Positions 19,564 through 28,526 of a DNA stretch of 54,279 nucleotides are shown one piece after another. The stretch covers positions 1-54,279 of the forward strand of contig JAWAQK010000009.1 in the NCBI GenBank assembly GCA_038893995.1. The letters run 5' to 3'. Each line of letters opens with the position of its first letter. The first letter of the stretch is position 1. Made by a program: the position numbers and the translations under genes. The notes under the pieces were generated by a model, which saw only the letters and a list, made by a program, of their open reading frames with translations, was not told where the DNA came from and did not search any database. This DNA comes from Candidatus Thorarchaeota archaeon. GTDB lineage: Archaea > Asgardarchaeota > Thorarchaeia > Thorarchaeales > Thorarchaeaceae.

Positions 19564-19791
19564 TTGACTACACATACGATCAGAAGAGTATCGGACCTTC
19601 GCATTCAGCACATGTGTGAGTATCGATATGTGCTGATGAAGATGATTGGAGAAACCGACAGCTGTCTTGCATCGGCTGGAAGCGAGTTGCATGGGATGGC
19701 TGCGTCTAGACCTCGCCATCAGACTCCAGTCTTGCCCTGGATCCTGATGGCGGCCCTGATGGCCCTCGTGACCTGCATGCTACTTGGATAA
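19564..19791 (+). CDS. Small protein: Cas4-like N-terminal segment plus C-terminal TM helix
   Basis: VSDLRIQHMCEYRYVL...AGSELH matches the Cas4/AddB N-terminal motif. It ends in hydrophobic VLPWILMAALMALVTCMLLG. Confidence 0.7.
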   Translation: MTTHTIRRVSDLRIQHMCEYRYVLMKMIGETDSCLASAGSELHGMAASRPRHQTPVLPWILMAALMALVTCMLLG

Positions 19792-19817
19792 CGTGGAGTG
19801 GGGGGAGCGAACAGAGA

Positions 19818-20468
19818 ATGGATGTCCTATCTATCATCACCCTGCTACTTGTGGCTATACTGGTGATACTTGCCTGGACAGAATACATGGAGATACTCAA
19901 TCTCAGGGAGATCATTGTGAAGTCGACCTCTGTTGAGATGAGCCCAGTCTCATTTGTTGAACAACACGGTCAAGAAACTGAACTTGGTCGGTATCTCTCC
20001 TTTCATGAACAGCCTGTTCAATCGATAGTCAACAGAATCGCGGGCATACCAGACTCCGTCTACATGCACATCAAGGACAGACCTGTTGTCGATATCGTCG
20101 TCGAGAGAAAGTACCCGAGTCGATCCTTGCCGAGGAAAGCATACCCAGAGGACGTGTTTCAGGCATCACTATATGCGCTCGCGCTCTCAGACAATGGGAT
20201 GGACTGCCGCCAGACAAGACTAGCCCTCATCTACTGTCTTCAGGACCGTGCCAGACGGTGCATGTCAGGTGAGCGAAACCTGTGCATAGGGTGTCGATAC
20301 GGCAGGGTGTTCATATCGTCCTTCAATCGAGAACGGACGCTGTCTGACCTCCTCAGACTAGACGAGATATGGTTCCGAATGAGAACACCAAGACCTAGCT
20401 CGAGAAAGGATACATGCGCGAGATGCCCCTACTCAGACCGCAGGGTCTGTCCATACTCTAGGGCGTAG
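19818..20468 (+). CDS. Membrane-anchored Cas4-like PD-(D/E)XK nuclease (C-terminal part; not CRISPR-associated here)
   Basis: N-terminal TM, IAGIPD, VVERK, QASLYAL and C-terminal CARCPYSDRRVC. Confidence 0.82.
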   Translation: MDVLSIITLLLVAILVILAWTEYMEILNLREIIVKSTSVEMSPVSFVEQHGQETELGRYLSFHEQPVQSIVNRIAGIPDSVYMHIKDRPVVDIVVERKYPSRSLPRKAYPEDVFQASLYALALSDNGMDCRQTRLALIYCLQDRARRCMSGERNLCIGCRYGRVFISSFNRERTLSDLLRLDEIWFRMRTPRPSSRKDTCARCPYSDRRVCPYSRA

Positions 20469-20509
20469 ATGCCAAAAGAGTCATCTCATCGTGTTACACA
20501 TCCACACAC

Positions 20510-20923
20510 ATGGACGACCTAGAGGAGTTCCTCACGAGCATTGTCAACGCGAAGAGAAAACTGAAGATGATATACTATACTGGCCGAAACTCCGATCAGA
20601 GGAACGACGCCAAGGAACTCATTGCATTCCTAATCGAGCTGGGGACAAAGGCAGACCGACTGGTCCAGATCACGAGTGAGTCTCCAATTGCAAGGAAGCT
20701 CATGAGCGACAGGAAGGCAGAGCTGGAGCTGCATAGGTGGTCACAGGGACTCCTCAATAGGACATCTGACTACGTCAGCAAGGCAAAGGACCTGTCGTAC
20801 GAACATGCCCACCGCTATCAGTTAGTGATGATGGAGTACTTGGAAACGATAGAGTCCGAACTCTCGAAGTGGATCGAGGAGATAGAAACAGCCACGGGAG
20901 TTCCCCGCCCCCCAAAGGACTGA
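20510..20923 (+). CDS. Hypothetical helical protein
   Basis: 137-aa ORF with coding-like composition, co-directional with the Cas4-like genes; no family recognised. Confidence 0.7.
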   Translation: MDDLEEFLTSIVNAKRKLKMIYYTGRNSDQRNDAKELIAFLIELGTKADRLVQITSESPIARKLMSDRKAELELHRWSQGLLNRTSDYVSKAKDLSYEHAHRYQLVMMEYLETIESELSKWIEEIETATGVPRPPKD

Positions 20924-20938
20924 TTTCGGATATGGCTC

Positions 20939-22015
20939 CTACCATCTGAGCCTTGCAGCAATGCCACCAAATGCCTTCAACTGGGCGCCAGACTCGGTCT
21001 GGGTTGAGAAGACCAGCAGTTCTGTTCCATACTTGTCAACATCGTCGACCACCTGATCGAGTAGTGGCGAGTCCTCGAGGATCATCAACGTGGCGACCCG
21101 ACCATCCCTGAGGGCGTTCAGCACCTCATCCTTGCCATATGTCACGGTCTGCATGCCCTTCATCAGGTCCTGCATGAACTGGTCCCATGCCTCACGCTCG
21201 GCGTAGATCTCGGTCTCCCTGAGAATCCTCGACGCCTCCTTGACCGCCTCGTAGAGACCAGTTTCGTCGACCTCGCCGATAGGGAGGATCTTCTCAGCAA
21301 CCTTCTCGCGCAGTCGATAGTCCAGCTCTCCCTTCTCCAGGAACTCTTGCGCTCGGATCGTGTTCCCACCCACGACTATCGCATCGACCTGGTCAAGCTT
21401 GTCAAGAAGAAGCTGGTTCAGGGTGCTTCCTGCATGCCGGTAGAACTCCAGCATCTTCTCATCCCGAATACGCTCGTACCGACGTGCACTCTGTCCTCCC
21501 GCACGAGTCTTGCCCATTATGTAGAAGTCCTCATCAACCACCATCTCGAGATGCTTGCCTCTCAGATAGCCCACAGTCAGTTTTCCACCCTCGATCAGGA
21601 CTATGACGACCATGCTCTTTGGTTGGACCATTCCCTCTAGCTCCCCGGTCACGAACTCACGTCCACAGATGTACAGATACTGTGTGATCGGCGCTGGAGG
21701 GACCACGATCTCTCGGATCTCGGTGTTTGTACCGCCCTCCTCCAGGATCCCGTAGAAGAAGGCGATACCCGTCGGCGGTAGTTCCCTTATCTTCGTGAGC
21801 TCGTTGAGGATGGCCGTGAGGTTATCGATCACGTTCTTGCGGTTGGCCTTGCTCTTGATGTTCTCGGCGCCTGCGATCTCTGTCCTCAGAAAGGTCATAA
21901 CATCGGTCAGACTCTTGTAAGGAGGAATGTACAGAGTCGTGAAGGAACTGTGTCTCCCCTGTAGTCCCTTGAGATACGCTATCTTCTTCTTGAGTTGATG
22001 TCGAGTCATCGTCAT
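20939..22015 (-). CDS. prf1: Peptide chain release factor aRF1
   Basis: NIKS, YxCxxxF (YICGREF) and GGQS motifs; C-terminal AFGGIAARLRW. Confidence 0.93.
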   Translation of the reverse strand: MTMTRHQLKKKIAYLKGLQGRHSSFTTLYIPPYKSLTDVMTFLRTEIAGAENIKSKANRKNVIDNLTAILNELTKIRELPPTGIAFFYGILEEGGTNTEIREIVVPPAPITQYLYICGREFVTGELEGMVQPKSMVVIVLIEGGKLTVGYLRGKHLEMVVDEDFYIMGKTRAGGQSARRYERIRDEKMLEFYRHAGSTLNQLLLDKLDQVDAIVVGGNTIRAQEFLEKGELDYRLREKVAEKILPIGEVDETGLYEAVKEASRILRETEIYAEREAWDQFMQDLMKGMQTVTYGKDEVLNALRDGRVATLMILEDSPLLDQVVDDVDKYGTELLVFSTQTESGAQLKAFGGIAARLRW

Positions 22016-22443
22016 ATCAGCGTCATCCCATGGGTCCTGTCGGGGGCTAAGATCCCGGTGATGGGGCCTCCGCTAGGCAGGCGGCACGTCAAGGCTGGGG
22101 TCTACCTATTTAACATTGTGCTGAGTCGCCAGTCTGAATCCTGGAAACTGGCATTCGAATAGTCGTACTCCAGGCGTGACTCAGGGGAGGGCTCAGGATA
22201 CACACAATGGCCCCGTGGCATCCCGCGTTCATGCCAAGGGCCAAGAGGTCTGTTCCGAGAGGCGTGTCCGTCGACTCCTAATGGCAGTCAATCTGGTCAG
22301 TCCGAAATCTATATGTGCTGACTGAACCCGGCATCCATCTCATAGAGTTTTGAGACCTAGAGAGAGGTGCCCTCCTTGAGTAATCGTCATGACCTGACCG
22401 AGATTCGTCGACACCCGTCTTCATACTTCCTACGGAGGAAAAT

Positions 22444-25197
22444 GTGTTGAACGCCTGGCATGCCATCGAAGCAGATGATGTGATCAGGATTCTGGGTAGC
22501 TCGGAGGACGGACTAAGCCAGGGCGAGGCTGCAGGCCGACTTGCAAAGTATGGACCCAACGAGATCTCCCTACGGACGCGTACATCCCCACTGACGATAT
22601 TCCTCAGACAGTTCAAGAACACACTGACTATCATCTTGATCATAGCTGCACTGCTCTCTATCCTTGTGGAGGAACCCATAGATGCTATTCTGATAATTGC
22701 CATCGTGATTGCAGCCGCTGCCCTCGGGTTCGTCCAAGAGTATCGTGCTGAGAGAGCGCTGGAGGCCCTGCAGAGCATGTTGGATCCCACAGTCACCGTC
22801 CTGAGGGGGGGTTCATCTCATGTCATCTCAACAAGGGAGGTCGTACCTGGTGACATCATAGTGCTCAAGGAGGGCGACAGAATTCCCGCAGATGCGCGTC
22901 TCGTTCAGTCCGTGAATCTGAAGGTGGACGAGGCGATATTGACCGGCGAATCCATTCCTGTCCAGAAGACGACCGACCCTCTACCAGCCGACACACCGAT
23001 AAGTGATCGCAGGAACATGGTCATGTCCGGTACGGTGGCCACCTATGGGAAGGGTGTTGCCGTAGTGGTCGCTACGGGGATGTCAACCGAATTCGGTAAG
23101 ATAGCAGAGTCTGTTGCAACCGTTCAGAAGGAGGCAACTCCCCTCGAGAAGAGGACTGCCGAGATCGGTTTCTGGTTGGGTGCAATCGCGATCTCCGTCT
23201 GTGCTATCGTAGTAGGCATCGCAGTCCTGCGGGAGCTCATCATGTACGGAGCGGTTTCCGCGGAGTTCTTGGTTACCATGCTCTTGTTCGGCATAGCTCT
23301 TGCTGTGGCCGTAGTACCAGAGGCGCTAGCAGGAGTGGTCACAGGCAGCCTGGCCATCGGTATGCAGAGGATGGCACGTGAGAACGCGCTTGTCCGCAAG
23401 ATGTCCGCCGTAGAAACGCTTGGCTGTACGAGTGTCATATGTTCAGACAAGACCGGCACCATAACCCGTGGGGAGATGACAGTACGCGAAGTGGTCTTCC
23501 CTGATACAGTACTAGCAGTAGAGGGGGAGGGCTACCAGCCGGAGGGAAACATACGCATTCAGAAGGGAGACGGACAGATCAAGGAGCAAGATAGGTATCG
23601 TATTCTGATGGAGGCCTGTGTGCTCTGTGGAGACGCGGACGTCATCCTCTCCGACGGAAGGTGGAAGTTGGTTGGAGACCCAACCGAGGGGGCTCTCGTG
23701 ACGCTGGCCATGAAGGCAGGGATCGATCCCCAGAGTCTCAGGAAACAACGTCCCAGGACAGGCGAGGTCCCATTCAGTTCTGAGAGAAAAAGAATGACCA
23801 CTGTGCACTCAGCTGAACACGGCCCGACAATACTGTACATGAAGGGGGCCCCAGAGGCCGTGCTGGACCGTTGTACGTACATGCACGGCGCGAATGATGT
23901 GAAAAGACTCACGGACAAAGACAGAGAGATGATTCTGTTAGAGAACTCACAGATGGCGGCACGTGCACTCCGCGTACTGGGCATAGCCTACAAGGTAAAT
24001 GATGATGATGTCGATACCACAAGGGAAGACAAAGTCGAGTCCGAATTCATCTTTCTGGGCCTTGCTGGAATGATAGACCCAGCTAGGAAGGAGGCAATAG
24101 AGGCCATTTCAGCCTGCAGGGCTGTTGGAATCCGACCCATTATGATAACTGGTGACCACAAGCTGACTGCAACGGCCATCGCTGATGAGGTGGGCATCCG
24201 CAGACCTGGTGATGTGGTACTCACTGACACCGAGATGCAGCCATTGTCGGATGACGAGTTTGCGAATATGGTCGACAGAGTCTCTGTCTACGCACGAGTG
24301 TCCCCCGGAAGCAAGCTGAAGATAGTTCGGGCCTGGCAGAAGCGAGGAGAGATCGTCGCAATGACAGGGGATGGTGTCAACGACGCTCCAGCCCTGAAGC
24401 AGGCCAACATAGGTGTTGCGATGGGAATCACAGGGACAGAGGTCACAAAGGAAGCGGCAGACCTCGTCTTGGCTGACGATAACTTTGCCACCATCACGAG
24501 AGCAGTAGAGCTGGGGCGATGGATCTATGATAACATCAAGAAGTATCTGGCATATCTTCTCAGGGCCAACTTGATCGAGATAGTCGTCCTTTCATTTGCC
24601 ATACTGGTAGGATACCCACTGCCTCTTCTGCCTGCGCAGATCCTGTACATCAATCTGGTGACAGACGGTCTGCCTGCGATTGCGCTCGGCCTCAGTCCGC
24701 CTGACCCCGACATCATGAAGAGGCCGCCCAGGAACCCTAGCGAGAGTATATTCTCGCGAGAAGTCAGGCGGTTCATCAAAGTTGCCATGTTGGTCGAGGT
24801 CCCTCTGTTTCTGGCAGTGTTCATGCTGAACGCCCCCCCAGGAACACCAGTGAATGATCCATCAATGACCGCCGCGCGCAGTCTCCTGTTCTATATCTTC
24901 ATATTCGGTGAACTCACGTTATCACTCACATTCAGGTCGCTCAAGTACCCAACATGGGAAGCTCCACCACACAGATTACTGGTTGCCACCGTCCTTGGTA
25001 GTGGACTGTTCAGCATTGTGCTCTTCGGAATGATTCCTGAAGCTTCACAGGTCTTCGAGATTGTACCACTGAGCCTCACAGGCATAGAAACGGTGATACT
25101 GGTCTGCGTCGTCTCGTTCCTGGCAATCGAAATAACAAAGGTCATAGCACGTCGCAAACGATGGGATGATAATCCGGTCATTGTGAAGAATGCGTGA
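22444..25197 (+). CDS. P-type cation-translocating ATPase (P2A, Ca2+-ATPase-like)
   Basis: TGES, PEAL, CSDKTGT, KGAPE, TGDGVNDAP and QILYINLVTDG. Confidence 0.95.
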   Translation: MLNAWHAIEADDVIRILGSSEDGLSQGEAAGRLAKYGPNEISLRTRTSPLTIFLRQFKNTLTIILIIAALLSILVEEPIDAILIIAIVIAAAALGFVQEYRAERALEALQSMLDPTVTVLRGGSSHVISTREVVPGDIIVLKEGDRIPADARLVQSVNLKVDEAILTGESIPVQKTTDPLPADTPISDRRNMVMSGTVATYGKGVAVVVATGMSTEFGKIAESVATVQKEATPLEKRTAEIGFWLGAIAISVCAIVVGIAVLRELIMYGAVSAEFLVTMLLFGIALAVAVVPEALAGVVTGSLAIGMQRMARENALVRKMSAVETLGCTSVICSDKTGTITRGEMTVREVVFPDTVLAVEGEGYQPEGNIRIQKGDGQIKEQDRYRILMEACVLCGDADVILSDGRWKLVGDPTEGALVTLAMKAGIDPQSLRKQRPRTGEVPFSSERKRMTTVHSAEHGPTILYMKGAPEAVLDRCTYMHGANDVKRLTDKDREMILLENSQMAARALRVLGIAYKVNDDDVDTTREDKVESEFIFLGLAGMIDPARKEAIEAISACRAVGIRPIMITGDHKLTATAIADEVGIRRPGDVVLTDTEMQPLSDDEFANMVDRVSVYARVSPGSKLKIVRAWQKRGEIVAMTGDGVNDAPALKQANIGVAMGITGTEVTKEAADLVLADDNFATITRAVELGRWIYDNIKKYLAYLLRANLIEIVVLSFAILVGYPLPLLPAQILYINLVTDGLPAIALGLSPPDPDIMKRPPRNPSESIFSREVRRFIKVAMLVEVPLFLAVFMLNAPPGTPVNDPSMTAARSLLFYIFIFGELTLSLTFRSLKYPTWEAPPHRLLVATVLGSGLFSIVLFGMIPEASQVFEIVPLSLTGIETVILVCVVSFLAIEITKVIARRKRWDDNPVIVKNA

Positions 25198-25463
25198 TAC
25201 TGCAATGCTGGACCTGAGGCAGACGACGACTCAGAACTCACCATGATCCGTGAAACGTCGATGAGATCTGAATCGGAGGACAGAGGTGAGCCTGCGACCG
25301 ACAGCAGCAGCGTGATCCCTAGAGAAGAGGGTGGGTCCGGCCACGATCAGAGAGATAGTCTTGATATGTGACTCTAGTGTTCTACGTAAATACCATCGAT
25401 CGTATCCCACATGACGCTCACCTGCCAAGCAGATGAGCCGTCATGCTCTCCAGGTAACCCTGT

Positions 25464-26306
25464 TCATGCGGGAATGCGCCTCTCCAACCACTCCATCATG
25501 TCATGCAACACTTGATCCTTATCAATCTCGGAGTGGAGCTCGTGGTAGAGTCCTTCGTAGAACTTGAACGTCTTGTCACCAGACGCAAGTTGATCAAAGA
25601 ACTTCTTTGTCCTCTCGGGGTCCACATATCGGTCATCTCCAGCCTGCTGGACAAGCGTGGGGAGGGTGATCATGGAGGCGGCTCTCATCCCCCGAGAGGT
25701 CGCCCGAAGTCCTTCAATCCCGAACCGAGGGGTGACCATGTCAAAACGGAGGGGGTCTCTAGCATGGGCCTCCGCCACACGCGGGTCATGACTCGCATAC
25801 TCGAAGCTGATACCACTGCTGAAGTAGCGTCTGACATTGAGGAGTGACAGTATCTCACCAGCCACACGTTTCCAAGAGGGTACAGGAAGTCGTTGAGACA
25901 CTGCGGGACAGGACAAGACAAGTCCGTCAAGGTCGCGCTGATAGTGGAGTGCTGTGAGGATGGCGACCAGACCGCCCATGGAATGACCGAACAGGAAGAG
26001 GATATCGGACCGATAATGATCCCTGGCCATTCTTACGAGATTGTGAATGTCCTCCACATACTCCATGAATCTCATCACGTGCCCCTTGGGGGCGGGATTG
26101 TGGCCAAACCCTCTGAGGTCGGGTGCAAGGACGGCGAGCCCACGCTCGCAAAAGTACTCGCCGATGTTCTTGAGTGCCTGCCCATGGCTTCCCAGACCGT
26201 GCAGGGCCACCAGCAGGGCCCTCGGCTTGTCCCTATCAGGTAACCAGGCTGTGAGGAACAGCCTCTCACCATCGTATCCAATGTATTGTGACTCCTCAAC
26301 TCGCAT
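25464..26306 (-). CDS. Alpha/beta hydrolase (lysophospholipase/monoglyceride lipase-like)
   Basis: HGLGSH, DLRGFG, GHSMGG, DRYVD and YHELHSE. Confidence 0.92.
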   Translation of the reverse strand: MRVEESQYIGYDGERLFLTAWLPDRDKPRALLVALHGLGSHGQALKNIGEYFCERGLAVLAPDLRGFGHNPAPKGHVMRFMEYVEDIHNLVRMARDHYRSDILFLFGHSMGGLVAILTALHYQRDLDGLVLSCPAVSQRLPVPSWKRVAGEILSLLNVRRYFSSGISFEYASHDPRVAEAHARDPLRFDMVTPRFGIEGLRATSRGMRAASMITLPTLVQQAGDDRYVDPERTKKFFDQLASGDKTFKFYEGLYHELHSEIDKDQVLHDMMEWLERRIPA

Positions 26307-26351
26307 TCGGTGTCACGCTCCTCGCCCTCTCAATGTACTGATGAGACAGGA

Positions 26352-28526
26352 TCAGATCCAGTCGCCAGTCTCAAGTTTCCTCGGGATGTACTCATCTGTC
26401 AGGTACTCAAAACTGTGGCTGGCAAACGCCTGTATCTCAGCCTTTTCCTTGATCTTCAGCATCAGCTCAAGGTCTTCGACCCATCTACGGTTGCTTGCGA
26501 CGAACGGCTCTTTCAGCATGTCCTTCACTCGCTTGATGTCAGCGGGTTCCATCGGTATCCTGACGGCCTTCGGGACATTGTACTCGTCCAGGTCTCTTGA
26601 CAAGACACCGAGAAGCTTGAGCTCGGGCGTTGCTATGAATGGAGACTCATAGCTTAGACGTTTGCTACCTCTCAGAAAGACTGAGTAGATGTAGTGTCCG
26701 TATGGGTCAGAGTCCACCAGTGCAAACGCTGGTATCTCCAGTTCCTTCACCAGCCGCTTCAGGAAGGCCCTAGTGGCCATGTCTCCTGAACCCTTACCGG
26801 TTATCACGATGCAGGGTTGCCTATTCCAGTAACGTGCTTCAGCCAGTCTCATGACAGCAGCGTCCTTCTCAGAGAGTATGATGAATTCCGCATCGCTCTC
26901 GACAATCTCCACCTGATCCAAGAAGGGCGTGATGGCCCATCCTCCGGTACCCATCTTCGTGAGATCGATCAGGTCACCTGCGTCGCGAATCACGACTCGT
27001 CCCATTGCGGAGCCTCTGGCCGCGGCCACAACATGGATACTGTCTCGAGTGGTCTGGAGCATTGAGGCGACATCCTCGATGATCTTGTCACTGTATTTCT
27101 GGTCTCGGAAGAGATTGACGTCGCTGTAGTACACCTCTCGTTTTGTTGCGTGGAGACCTGCACGAAGCAGATCGAAGACGATCTCCATCACTCGTGCAGT
27201 CCTGGTGGCGTCGACAACGGATGCCAGAGAGTGGTACGGTCGCGAGATGGTCTTGAGACCGAGCAACAACAGGTCACGGACCTCGTCCCACACTATGTTA
27301 TCGCTTGACCTGCTTGGAATCTCGAAGGCAGGTCGCCCTGTTGTCATGGACTCATTGAGTATCTCGACGGCAACATCCACCAACCTGTCTATGGTCTCGT
27401 CTCGCCCGAGGTTGACGACCTCGTAAGTGGCGACTGTCTGTGACTTCTGGCTCTGCTCTTCAGCACGTGCCCACTGCTCCTTCATCTTGGCTGCCAGGTC
27501 TAGGACTGGCTGCGGAACTGGGAGATTCGACTTGTACCTTCTGGGCTTCTTCCTATCGGCTGATTTCTTCTTGGTCTCTGCAAACCTGACCTTTCGGACC
27601 GGCGTCGGTGCCGTTGTCTGTTGTGTAGTAGTCTCCTTCCCTGTCTTTTCCATAGGCGGCTCCTCTGTCTTCTCTGGTCTCTTTGTTGTCTTCTTCTCAG
27701 GAGTCGGTCTTGACTCAGTGACTTCTGAGGGGGAACTCTCGGTCACCCTCTGAAGTTCCCGCTGCTGAATGATCTTCTTGGCCGCGTCGACAATCTCGGC
27801 AGCCTTTTGAACGCTTAGCCCATCGATGGCCTGTGCAAGACCCTGTGGTCGTGCACGGGAGAGTCTCTCAGCGGAGTCGTAACCGGCTGATGCAAGTCTG
27901 ATTGCAAGTTTGGGACCAACACCTCTGATGCTCTCGAGAGACGCAAGCTGATCTGCGGCTCCACCGGCATCCTCACTCTCGACGGCGCCCTGTAGCATCT
28001 CTCTTGCAGAGCTGATGATACGCCTTGCACCCTCGACGCTTATTCCCTCCACTCTCCGACTCAGCGCCTCAGGACGGGCCCGGGAAATCTGTTCTACAGT
28101 CGTGTATCCGGACGAGACCAGCCGCTCGCGAAGACGATCTCCCACACCCGGTAACTGTCTCATAAGAGGATCCTCTGGTGGCGGTGTCTCTGTTTTCGCC
28201 TTGCTGGGCATGGGTTTCTCCTGTTTCCTTGCTGCAGGGGGTTCCTTCGGTGATTGTACTCTCTTTGGTCTCGAGACGCCCCTTGGGGCCATGCCTGTCT
28301 CATTCTGCCTCTTACCGCTCTTCTTGGCCGTGGTCGCTGACTTGGAGCTGCTTCCGCTCTCCTTCGCTGGCTTCTTACTCTCAGACGTCTTCTTGTCACG
28401 ACTATCACTTTCGGTACTGTGGCCAGATACCTCCTCTCGCTGCGCCTTACTGGGGGTCTTACCTCTCGAATCGACAAGTGTTGACTGGACTGTCGTTTCG
28501 TCTGCAGGTCTCTTCTTCTTACTCAT
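26352..28526 (-). CDS. top6A: DNA topoisomerase VI subunit A (Spo11 homologue) with long N-terminal extension bearing two HhH domains
   Basis: TKREVYY (catalytic Tyr), toprim SEKDA, ITGKG, VDSDPYG and KAEIQA; overlaps the top6B stop (ATGA). Confidence 0.95.
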   Translation of the reverse strand: MSKKKRPADETTVQSTLVDSRGKTPSKAQREEVSGHSTESDSRDKKTSESKKPAKESGSSSKSATTAKKSGKRQNETGMAPRGVSRPKRVQSPKEPPAARKQEKPMPSKAKTETPPPEDPLMRQLPGVGDRLRERLVSSGYTTVEQISRARPEALSRRVEGISVEGARRIISSAREMLQGAVESEDAGGAADQLASLESIRGVGPKLAIRLASAGYDSAERLSRARPQGLAQAIDGLSVQKAAEIVDAAKKIIQQRELQRVTESSPSEVTESRPTPEKKTTKRPEKTEEPPMEKTGKETTTQQTTAPTPVRKVRFAETKKKSADRKKPRRYKSNLPVPQPVLDLAAKMKEQWARAEEQSQKSQTVATYEVVNLGRDETIDRLVDVAVEILNESMTTGRPAFEIPSRSSDNIVWDEVRDLLLLGLKTISRPYHSLASVVDATRTARVMEIVFDLLRAGLHATKREVYYSDVNLFRDQKYSDKIIEDVASMLQTTRDSIHVVAAARGSAMGRVVIRDAGDLIDLTKMGTGGWAITPFLDQVEIVESDAEFIILSEKDAAVMRLAEARYWNRQPCIVITGKGSGDMATRAFLKRLVKELEIPAFALVDSDPYGHYIYSVFLRGSKRLSYESPFIATPELKLLGVLSRDLDEYNVPKAVRIPMEPADIKRVKDMLKEPFVASNRRWVEDLELMLKIKEKAEIQAFASHSFEYLTDEYIPRKLETGDWI

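Noticed and set aside
19564-20468. CRISPR-Cas locus
   Set aside because: No repeat-spacer array and no cas1, cas2 or effector genes seen in the window; the Cas4-like genes are solo.
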